Shown one piece after another: positions 9,353-16,505 of a stretch of DNA of 64,000 nt. Each line of letters starts with the position of its first letter. Within the stretch, counting starts at the first letter, position 1. The stretch lies in the IMG/VR virus record IMGVR_UViG_3300021185_003947, one strand, 5' to 3'. The translations under genes were made by a program, and so were the position numbers. This DNA is from a virus. Taxonomy: Duplodnaviria > Caudoviricetes. The notes beneath the pieces were generated by a model that was not told where the DNA came from, did no database searches, and saw only the letters and a program-made list of their open reading frames with translations.

Positions 9353-9546
9353 ACTTCATTCCTTTGCATTTCTACAATCATATCCAATTCAATAGTATCA
9401 GCCTTATCATCGAAGACTTCTGACAAAGCCATGATGTGGCCAGCTGGAATTGGATCTTCTGATGATTGTGTATTAGCAATTAGCTGGCGAAGCATTTGTG
9501 CGATTTCTCTATATTCTTGCATAATGTATTCTCCTTTGTTAGATAT

Positions 9547-9575
9547 AATCTATACCATTTAGGAGTAAATGTAAA
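9547..9575 (-). promoter_or_regulatory. Early promoter
   Basis: GTTTACA-N17-TAGATT. Confidence 0.8.
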
Positions 9576-9629
9576 CAAAAAAATGCACCCGAAGATGCAT
9601 TTAATTATAGATGTAACATATTTGTCACA
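9570..9629. repeat. Dispersed intergenic repeat, copy 2
   Basis: One mismatch against 8192-8251. Confidence 0.9.
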
Positions 9630-9630
9630 A

Positions 9631-9879
9631 TTAACCTTTATATATTTTTGTAAGATGTGTTTCAAATGATTCGACTTTGGAAAGTCTATTTGGCCAAAGA
9701 ATATATTCTTTTTCAGGATTTTTCTTTAAATTATTTAATAGCGGAATAATTGCATTATACAAATCGTCTAGTCTTGTTTGACTCGATTCAGCATCTGATG
9801 CTGAACTTATAGCTTGTTTTGAAACTTCTAATTCGTCTTCGGTAACGGCCGTAAAGCCAAAATCAAAAATATCACTCAT
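9631..9879 (-). CDS. Conserved hypothetical T4-like protein
   Basis: FDFGFTAV...LNNLKKNPEKEYILWPNR. Confidence 0.75.
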   Translation of the reverse strand: MSDIFDFGFTAVTEDELEVSKQAISSASDAESSQTRLDDLYNAIIPLLNNLKKNPEKEYILWPNRLSKVESFETHLTKIYKG

Positions 9880-10082
9880 GTGTTTTCCTCTAGTTCTCTG
9901 TATCTTCTTGCAATGTACGCATGATAGCTTTCTTGTTTTTCAACTGGCATTACTTTCATATCCATCATTTTACCTCTAAATGCTGCGTCTTTGATATTCT
10001 GTCTAAATCTTAACATTCTTTCTTCATGATAATAATCAGACATTTGCCGGTTTAATTCAAGTTGAATTTCTTCTTCAGTCAT
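9876..10082 (-). CDS. Hypothetical protein
   Basis: Translationally coupled ORF. Confidence 0.65.
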   Translation of the reverse strand: MTEEEIQLELNRQMSDYYHEERMLRFRQNIKDAAFRGKMMDMKVMPVEKQESYHAYIARRYRELEENT

Positions 10083-10402
10083 ACCATTATGCCTTCTGGT
10101 TTTTTCTCTTTGTTTTTATTAATTATTGGAACTCTGTTCATATGATCACCACCTTTTTCTACACATCCTATTTCCAATGCTTTCCACGTATTTTCGCCAT
10201 AAGTATTATTTAACTTTGTTACTAGTGATTGAGATAATCTTACAATATTTTGGGTTGTCATTTGTACACATTGAGCTTTACTTTGATAATGTGTTCCTTC
10301 AAAAATAAATTTTTCGTTCGGCTCTACAAGCAAAAAAAGCGAATAAAGCATCCATACACCATTACCCACCGTCTCTGCCACCAGCAATAAAATCAGTGCC
10401 AT
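10079..10402 (-). CDS. Hypothetical protein (start uncertain)
   Basis: ORF track; the 5' part overlaps the upstream gene, so the true start is probably near 10351. Confidence 0.55.
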   Translation of the reverse strand: MALILLLVAETVGNGVWMLYSLFLLVEPNEKFIFEGTHYQSKAQCVQMTTQNIVRLSQSLVTKLNNTYGENTWKALEIGCVEKGGDHMNRVPIINKNKEKKPEGIMV

Positions 10403-10826
10403 TTGTTATAAGACATGTATAACCGCTTTGACTTACAACCATAGTCCATTTACCATTATCCATATTTACATAAAAAGACACAGGAGCTGCAAATGGTTGA
10501 GCAAACTGTGGAGGACGACCTGCAGGAATCATATGCAATAAACCTGTGGCATCAAATAGTTTTTTCTCACCGTATTCTTCTAACAAGTTCATCACATAAC
10601 CAGTATTATCACAAGGAATTCTCATTGCCTGCATAGTTGGATTTCTTGGAAGTTCTTCGGTTGGAGCAGCATAGTTTTTATCGGCTAATTGCTTATCTTT
10701 TTTATCATCTAATATATTAGGTGCTAAGGGTTCTAGATACAATTCTGGATCTGCTTTTACTGATATACTCGCTGTACACGATGCAATTACGAATACCGAT
10801 ATTAATACTAATACTTTTTTAATCAT
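10362..10826 (-). CDS. Putative exported/lipoprotein
   Basis: Signal peptide with IASC lipobox-like motif. Confidence 0.65.
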   Translation of the reverse strand: MIKKVLVLISVFVIASCTASISVKADPELYLEPLAPNILDDKKDKQLADKNYAAPTEELPRNPTMQAMRIPCDNTGYVMNLLEEYGEKKLFDATGLLHMIPAGRPPQFAQPFAAPVSFYVNMDNGKWTMVVSQSGYTCLITNGTDFIAGGRDGG

Positions 10827-10987
10827 TTGTTAATTCCTTAATTCTTTTTATATAACCATACTTTTCTTTCACTTCTTCTTTTATTTGTTTTCTTAACATT
10901 TCTATTTCATTGGCTTGTTGCAAGAGTATTTTTCGGTACCGTTCAGCTTCTGTATCGTCTGTTAATTGTACCATACTAACTACTCTT

Positions 10988-11263
10988 TTAATGTAAATAT
11001 TTACTATGAGCAGCCATCAGCATATCTTCGATACTAGCTTTTTCAGTTCGAATAAATGGATTTATACTATCTCGACTTTTACTAATTTCATCAATCATAG
11101 CATGATAGTCGTCATCTTTTAATATTGATTTATAAATACTTAACGAACAAGCAGCCAATATGCCAGCGACTAATTCGGGTTCGTTACCCTCATCCATTAA
11201 TTTACAGCTAATATAATTTATAATCTCTGCCATTCTTTCTATGTCCATATCATCTCTTCTCAT
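10988..11263 (-). CDS. Hypothetical protein
   Basis: ORF track, coupled to upstream gene. Confidence 0.65.
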   Translation of the reverse strand: MRRDDMDIERMAEIINYISCKLMDEGNEPELVAGILAACSLSIYKSILKDDDYHAMIDEISKSRDSINPFIRTEKASIEDMLMAAHSKYLH

Positions 11264-11619
11264 TATGGTAACCCATCCACATAAATTGTTGACCCGATAT
11301 ATTGGTTTCCTGTTACTACAGTATGACCTCTATATAGTCTGCCATAGCTTTCAGCTCGCCAAAACACTGTTCTAATTCTTTGACATCTTTGGTTATTCAT
11401 TGTTGATCCTAAAGCTGCACCGGCAATTGCACCTCTATCATTTCCAGTAATAATATGTCCAAGAGCTGCGCCCATAAGTATTGAACTTAAAAGATTAGTA
11501 GAATTTTGACATTGATAACCACTATCTTTTACATGTGTTATATGCGCTAAACGAGTGGCTGCACTACTAGACGTTGCTAAAATAGCCAGAGCCGAGCATA
11601 TCAATATTATTTTTTTCAT
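11263..11619 (-). CDS. Secreted glycine-zipper protein
   Basis: Signal peptide MKKIILIC...SSSAA; GAALG...GAIAGAALG; GGAG RBS. Confidence 0.7.
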   Translation of the reverse strand: MKKIILICSALAILATSSSAATRLAHITHVKDSGYQCQNSTNLLSSILMGAALGHIITGNDRGAIAGAALGSTMNNQRCQRIRTVFWRAESYGRLYRGHTVVTGNQYIGSTIYVDGLP

Positions 11620-11645
11620 ACTTATCTCCATTTTATCTAGATATA

Positions 11646-11674
11646 ATTCTAACACATTTTTAACAAAAAGTAAA
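11646..11674 (-). promoter_or_regulatory. Early promoter
   Basis: GTTTACT-N17-TAGAAT. Confidence 0.65.
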
Positions 11675-11774
11675 CAGTTTATTTACATAGCTCATATATC
11701 CAATGTGTACAATCATCGCATGGGTCGTCATAGGCCCAGTAAGAAGGAAAATGCATTAGTAGTGTCCTAGACCA

Positions 11775-12542
11775 CTACTCTTTCATATTTTTTATATTCT
11801 CTATGTAGCAATCCATACTATGATCACTAAAATTATCTATCTTTAATTTCATGACACCAGCAGCCATGCCTTTTAGTCTATCCCACAATCTTTTAAAACC
11901 AGATATTTTTACTATTTGACCTTCTGAATTCATATAATGTTCTGTTCCATGATGTCTATAACCCATCATTACTAAAGGTACACGAGTAACAACGTCGTTA
12001 TTATTTACGAATCTATGATGGATTACGCCAAGTGAATTACAATATTTTTTAAAGCCTACACGAGGAGAACCAAACGTATACAATTCAACCGGATCGTTTA
12101 AAAATAAATTATGTAGACATCTTGAGGCCATAATAGTTGCCATGCCTGCTCCGAGTGAATGACCAGTAAACCAAAGAGTCTTGCCATTATTCTGTTTTCT
12201 AGTTAAATCTTCGCATATTGCAGGCCACAATTCATCAACTTCTGATTTAAATCCTTTATGAACTCTAGATACTGTTTCTGCCATTACCGGAATCGATTTT
12301 AAGTCTGCTTTAATGTCATTGAATTCATTTGGTTGAGTTCCTCGACAAGCTATAATACAATCATACTTATTCATAAATCTATATGCCTGTGCGCCATTGA
12401 CATCATAAAATTCAATTGTATTGAATTCAAGTCTACGCGCAGCGCCCGTAGCTTCTTTAAGGTCAGAGTACGCAATTGCTGATAGTCGAGCAAACAAGAG
12501 GCTTCTGGCTTTAAAACTTAATTGATTTATTGGTCGTGCCAT
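11775..12542 (-). CDS. Class 3 lipase (alpha/beta hydrolase)
   Basis: ACRGT, VHKGF, TGHSLGAG, TFGSPRVG, NNDVVTRVP, DHSM (Ser-Asp-His triad motifs). Confidence 0.92.
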   Translation of the reverse strand: MARPINQLSFKARSLLFARLSAIAYSDLKEATGAARRLEFNTIEFYDVNGAQAYRFMNKYDCIIACRGTQPNEFNDIKADLKSIPVMAETVSRVHKGFKSEVDELWPAICEDLTRKQNNGKTLWFTGHSLGAGMATIMASRCLHNLFLNDPVELYTFGSPRVGFKKYCNSLGVIHHRFVNNNDVVTRVPLVMMGYRHHGTEHYMNSEGQIVKISGFKRLWDRLKGMAAGVMKLKIDNFSDHSMDCYIENIKNMKE

Positions 12543-12575
12543 AATAGTAATACCTTGTATTCTTTTAGATAATAC

Positions 12576-12583
12576 TATTTATA
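12576..12583 (-). promoter_or_regulatory. Late promoter upstream of lipase
   Basis: TATAAATA, intergenic, 33 nt before ATG. Confidence 0.65.
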
Positions 12584-12586
12584 TGT

Positions 12587-12778
12587 TTACTCACTTAGAA
12601 AGACTGCTTCGCCTTTAATGACTCCACCTTCTTCACGAAGTTCAGCTTTTGCTTTTTTTTCATCTTCTAACTTTTTAATTTTAGCTGCCTGATCTCTAAT
12701 AATTTTCTGTTGTGCTTCAATAGTCATAAATTGTTTATCCAATTCTGATGTTTGAGGAAATTCAATAATTTTACTCAT
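12587..12778 (-). CDS. Hypothetical coiled-coil protein
   Basis: AGGAG RBS; MSKIIEFP. Confidence 0.7.
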   Translation of the reverse strand: MSKIIEFPQTSELDKQFMTIEAQQKIIRDQAAKIKKLEDEKKAKAELREEGGVIKGEAVFLSE

Positions 12779-12812
12779 TCGTTATCTCCTTATAATATAT
12801 ATTATATATATT

Positions 12813-12922
12813 TGGCTCCAAGGGCAGGATTCGAACCTGCACGAATATAAATATTCTTTTGCTAAGACTATATATTCACAACATAAACAGTGCTGCGTGT
12901 CTACCTATTCCACCACCTTGGA
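12813..12922 (-). tRNA. Atypical tRNA-Asn(GUU)-like RNA with a 38-nt variable arm
   Basis: TCCAAGG/CCTTGGA acceptor + G73 + CCA; D-arm GTGGAATAGGTAGACAC; CAGCA-CTGTTTA-TGTTG anticodon arm; variable region 12841-12878; GCAGG-TTCGAAT-CCTGC T-arm. Confidence 0.85.
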
Positions 12923-12928
12923 TTATTC

Positions 12929-13753
12929 TTACTTTTTAAGAGTATCGATCGCGCTTATCATGCGTGTCATACCAATTCCACCACCAACTCTTGGAAAGAA
13001 ATCAAATTCAAGAAACTTTTCAAGTTCTGTTTCAACACGATCTTTACCAAATAATTGGTTAATAAGACCAGCATATTCTCCATTTGAAATAGTATGAAAT
13101 GTATCTCGCATTTGGTCTTTATCAGTACTGCGTTCTGCACTACCAATTGTTTCCATACCACCAAGGATAACATCAATCTTCTTACTTGTACCATCTTCAT
13201 TTCTTGACATATTCCAAAATGGACTTGTAAATTCAGGAAATTCTGTAATCATAGAACTACCAAAACTAGCTTCCATTGCTAACTCGTGCTGAGCATCTAA
13301 TTCTGTAGTAGAACTTAGACCGTAATGTTGTTGCCATTCACGATATGTTTTTTCTGTTGGAATATCAAATCCTAAGTGATTACATAATTGATATTCCATA
13401 GTCTTAAGATCATCGATGTCTCCTGGCATTTCAAATTCAAACATCGGAAAAATCGTATCATGTCTTCCAGGAATTGCATTTGGTTCTTGTCTATACGAAG
13501 TCGAGACACAAAAAAACCCCTTCGAAGAGGGGCGAGTTAATAATTCATATTCCAACCACATCTGGCCAGTTTGAGGAAGAGGCCATATTTGCCCTTCATA
13601 ATTATATGTTGCTACATTTTCTGGATCTTCACATGCAGCTAAAATGCTTAATCGGTTTTGTGTATGTACTTCTTCAAAGCCTCTATTCAAAAAAAATGAC
13701 CTTAAAAGGTCAACTGCTTTTGTAAATTTTTTTGGTTCAATCAATTGCGTCAC
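12929..13753 (-). CDS. Class IIb aminoacyl-tRNA synthetase catalytic-domain-only protein (AsnRS/AspRS-like; AsnA- or EpmA-like architecture)
   Basis: Motif 1 FFLNRGFEEVHT; motif 2 SYRQE..GRHDTIFPMFEFE; GMETIGSAER; motif 3 GGGIGMTRM; 274 aa with no N-terminal OB-fold. Confidence 0.88.
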   Translation of the reverse strand: MTQLIEPKKFTKAVDLLRSFFLNRGFEEVHTQNRLSILAACEDPENVATYNYEGQIWPLPQTGQMWLEYELLTRPSSKGFFCVSTSYRQEPNAIPGRHDTIFPMFEFEMPGDIDDLKTMEYQLCNHLGFDIPTEKTYREWQQHYGLSSTTELDAQHELAMEASFGSSMITEFPEFTSPFWNMSRNEDGTSKKIDVILGGMETIGSAERSTDKDQMRDTFHTISNGEYAGLINQLFGKDRVETELEKFLEFDFFPRVGGGIGMTRMISAIDTLKK

Positions 13754-13962
13754 TATCTTATCCTTTTCTTATATTTGCCACATTGGGAATATTTATACAA
13801 ATAATTTCCATTAATATCATTATTAGCTGAATTATATAAAGCCCAACGAAAACAATTCCAAATATTATATGAAGTGTGATAGTACCAAGGGAAAGGAAAT
13901 TCGTGTCTCCTTTCCCTTAATTGTTTATACCAAGCAATAAATAATTTTATTCTTCTATTCAA
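13753..13962 (-). CDS. Hypothetical protein
   Basis: Coupled ORF. Confidence 0.5.
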   Translation of the reverse strand: MNRRIKLFIAWYKQLRERRHEFPFPWYYHTSYNIWNCFRWALYNSANNDINGNYLYKYSQCGKYKKRIR

Positions 13963-14155
13963 AATGCTTACTTAACATTTCAAGACGTTCACTTGCATGA
14001 CCCATAGTGCTAAGCTCTTTTTGCATAGCCTCTACAATATCGCTATGTTCGCCAATACCAGCAGGATTATTTAAATAAACCATAAAATTAGTTTTAGCTC
14101 TTTCTAGTTCACCTTCGGCATGCATACGACATGCTAGCAACAATTGTTCTTTCAC
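13955..14155 (-). CDS. Conserved hypothetical marine phage protein
   Basis: YLNNPAGIGEHSDIVEAM motif. Confidence 0.75.
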   Translation of the reverse strand: MKEQLLLACRMHAEGELERAKTNFMVYLNNPAGIGEHSDIVEAMQKELSTMGHASERLEMLSKHFE

Positions 14156-14484
14156 TTACTTATCTCCCCTAATGGAATTACATCTTTTGAATCGATATAA
14201 TCGTCCAGTGTGTATTTTCTTACATTAACTTCTTTTATCATTATTCCATCACGCATTCTATACGTAATAAATTCTTGTCTAATTACTCCTTCTGTTGATG
14301 CTTCAAATGCAGATTTAAATGGGCCAGATATATCCATTTCATCTGAAATTTCAAAAGTATAATCAACCATATCACTAGAACTATCTACTATATAGCTTTG
14401 TTCATGTTTATTATGTTCACCATGTCCCCAACCAGAATAGTATTTTGGTGGAACAATATCATTTGGTCCAATTGACTTAGTCAT
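14152..14484 (-). CDS. Hypothetical protein
   Basis: Coupled ORF. Confidence 0.65.
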   Translation of the reverse strand: MTKSIGPNDIVPPKYYSGWGHGEHNKHEQSYIVDSSSDMVDYTFEISDEMDISGPFKSAFEASTEGVIRQEFITYRMRDGIMIKEVNVRKYTLDDYIDSKDVIPLGEISK

Positions 14485-14735
14485 GCTTTTATATCTACCC
14501 TTTTTGCTTCAACTTGTGGAATATGTGTTTTTCTACCATCAGCGCCATAAGTCCCATTATGTCCTTCATAAGATTGTGCTAAAGCTTTTTGTGGAGCCTT
14601 TATTGATTGTTCTGTTCTTCGTCGAATATTTTCAACAATATTCATTTGTTGTTCTTTTGCGGCTTGTGTCTTTACTATTAACTCAAGAGGTTGAGTAGCA
14701 TAATGGTGTGAAAAACCTGGTCCTTTTACTTCCAT
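14481..14735 (-). CDS. Hypothetical protein
   Basis: AGGAGG RBS behind tRNA-Leu. Confidence 0.65.
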   Translation of the reverse strand: MEVKGPGFSHHYATQPLELIVKTQAAKEQQMNIVENIRRRTEQSIKAPQKALAQSYEGHNGTYGADGRKTHIPQVEAKRVDIKA

Positions 14736-14753
14736 TTATAATCCTCCTTATTA

Positions 14754-14839
14754 TGGTGCTCTCACCCGGACTTGAACCGGGACGGCCTATGGCCAACAGA
14801 TTTTAAGTCTGGCGTGTCTACCTATTCCACCATGAGAGC
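14754..14839 (-). tRNA. tRNA-Leu(UAA)
   Basis: GCTCTCA/TGAGAGC, loop CTTAAAA, variable arm GGCC-ATA-GGCC, CCCGG-TTCAAGT-CCGGG, ACCA. Confidence 0.95.
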
Positions 14840-14859
14840 GTTATTGGTATTATTAATAT

Positions 14860-14935
14860 TGGTGCGAAAGGTAGGATTTGAACCTACGATCAACCCGTTA
14901 TGAGCGGGGGGCTTTAACCACTAAGCTACTTTCGC
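14860..14935 (-). tRNA. tRNA with CAU anticodon (elongator Met or Ile2, not resolved)
   Basis: GCGAAAG/CTTTCGC paired 1:72 (so not initiator), loop CTCATAA, GGTTCAAATCC, ACCA. Confidence 0.9.
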
Positions 14936-15103
14936 GAATTCTTCTACTACTTTAGCATTTAATAGATTAGCAACTTCAAGTGCTTTATTTTTGTTATCAA
15001 ATGTTAAATCGACTACAGTAGGTGTTTTATATATCATATATCCTAATTTACCAGTCATTACAACTTGTTGAACTATTTTATTATTTCTCATTAATTTATA
15101 CAA
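14921..15103 (-). CDS. Hypothetical protein
   Basis: ORF track; last 15 nt overlap the tRNA 5' end. Confidence 0.5.
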   Translation of the reverse strand: MYKLMRNNKIVQQVVMTGKLGYMIYKTPTVVDLTFDNKNKALEVANLLNAKVVEEFAKVA

Positions 15104-15129
15104 CTCGTTAATCCCTATATTAATAAATC

Positions 15130-15290
15130 AAAGGGGAGACCTTCTGCAGTGCCTCCCCTTCTATCTGCATTTTACGTATGCAGCAACCGGCTGAGTTTCG
15201 CGGTATCAGCGCTTGTACCGACCTATAGATCGGGGCCTCCAAAATCTATAGGGTTTCACTAACTAATCCCCTCATTGTTCATAGTTAGTG
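15130..15290 (-). ncRNA. Candidate structured non-coding RNA directly behind tRNA-Arg
   Basis: Five consecutive stems of 9, 9, 5, 6 and 7 bp, GC-richer than its surroundings, no ORF in the track. Confidence 0.6.
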
Positions 15291-15292
15291 TC

Positions 15293-15369
15293 TGGCGGAC
15301 CCTAGAGGATTCGAACCTCTGACCTAGTGCTTAGAAGGCACTTGCTCTATCCAGCTGAGCTAAGGGACC
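15293..15369 (-). tRNA. tRNA-Arg(UCU)
   Basis: GCTCAGCTGGATAGAGC D-arm, AGTGC-CTTCTAA-GCACT, AGAGG-TTCGAAT-CCTCT, GCCA; U3-U70 mismatch. Confidence 0.95.
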
Positions 15370-15379
15370 AATACTTATA

Positions 15380-15688
15380 TTATATTGCGAAACTTTCTCC
15401 ACATCCACATTGAGCTGTTGCTTGTGGATTTTTTACAACTAAATAGTTTCCACCTAGTTCGGTTATATAGTCAACCGTACAACCAAATAAAAACATTTCA
15501 GCCATAGCATCAATAACTAAAGTGCTATCTATAACTGTCCCTTTTGAGTCATCATCTACATATGTCCAATCATATTTAAACCCGCTACACCCGCCACCTT
15601 TTACTTCAAGAAGTACATAATTTTTATCAGCCAAAACTAACTGATTCGTCATATATTCTTTTGCTTTTTCAGTAAGTGATACAATCAT
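15380..15688 (-). CDS. iscA: HesB/IscA A-type Fe-S carrier protein
   Basis: KGGGCSGFKY and CGCGESF. Confidence 0.93.
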   Translation of the reverse strand: MIVSLTEKAKEYMTNQLVLADKNYVLLEVKGGGCSGFKYDWTYVDDDSKGTVIDSTLVIDAMAEMFLFGCTVDYITELGGNYLVVKNPQATAQCGCGESFAI

Positions 15689-15984
15689 TTCTGCATATAC
15701 TTCAATAGTTCTGGATTGTTAGTTTCTAGAACAACGAAATGGCCAAAATATTTTTCAAATACTTTTACCAATTTATAGTAATCTGTACCTGCACACATTT
15801 CAGACATAATAGGCGATGCTTTCATGCCCATTGAATGAGCATATTCTTTTGCTACTTTTAATAGATAAAATGCGTTACCATTAGGACCATCAAGGTCAAT
15901 AACTATCTCAGAAGCTCTTGTTGTTTTACGAATCATATTAAGGCACCGAATACATAAGGATTTCAAGATATTTGCACAAAGCAC
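15685..15984 (-). CDS. Conserved hypothetical phage protein
   Basis: IDLDGPNGNAFYLL motif; true start probably MIRKT. Confidence 0.7.
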   Translation of the reverse strand: MLCANILKSLCIRCLNMIRKTTRASEIVIDLDGPNGNAFYLLKVAKEYAHSMGMKASPIMSEMCAGTDYYKLVKVFEKYFGHFVVLETNNPELLKYMQK

Positions 15985-16166
15985 AAAAGGCTAAGAACCA
16001 TACAATACATTTAAATGTATCTGCAATGGTATCAATAAAAATTTTGATAGCTTCTATCATTTTTTGGAGTCTTTCCATGCATGTTTCATACCTAAAACAT
16101 AGCCCATCACAAAAGCTGAGATTGACATTGCACAAGCAATAAGTGTAATACTAACTTGATAATCCA

Positions 16167-16451
16167 TTATACATTACCCTCTTTAGTGTGAATTAAAGTT
16201 TGTGGACCAAGAGCAATTTCAAAACCATTATATTCAGTTTCATATACACCATTTTGTGGTTCATAACGAGGATCAACTACTTTAGCTTTAACCATTGATA
16301 TAGAATGTTCACCTTGAACATTTTCAAAACCATTTATGCGTTGAAGCTCATTAAAGATAGCTTCCCTAGGGAAGTTAGAATCTATCGCCTTAAGCTGGGG
16401 CTGAGGGGTATTTGTATCAATCATAATCATATCCTTTGTTGTTAGATACAT
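16167..16451 (-). CDS. Hypothetical protein
   Basis: First ORF behind early promoter. Confidence 0.6.
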   Translation of the reverse strand: MYLTTKDMIMIDTNTPQPQLKAIDSNFPREAIFNELQRINGFENVQGEHSISMVKAKVVDPRYEPQNGVYETEYNGFEIALGPQTLIHTKEGNV

Positions 16452-16478
16452 ATTAACACATTTTAAAGCGATTGTAAA
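16450..16478 (-). promoter_or_regulatory. Early promoter
   Basis: TTTACA-N17-TAATAT, same context as 5423 and 7508. Confidence 0.7.
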
Positions 16479-16505
16479 GGATTATTTTCAATATTATGCA
16501 TTTTT

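Noticed and set aside
13790-13797. TATAAATA 37 nt upstream of the aaRS-like gene
   Set aside because: It lies inside an ORF, and several chance matches of this 8-mer are expected in 64 kb of AT-rich DNA. Not listed as a promoter, though late expression is possible.
14921-14935. ORF ending inside the 5' end of the CAU tRNA as an integration-site scar
   Set aside because: No duplicated tRNA fragment or integrase is seen; it looks like simple genome compaction.
15185-15215. CTGATAC...CGAAAC in the ncRNA candidate resembles a hammerhead core, and GCTGATACCGCG resembles a T-box
   Set aside because: The hammerhead CUGANGA consensus and a proper stem II are missing. The T-box needs UGGN to pair with tRNA NCCA, but the sequence has UGAU.
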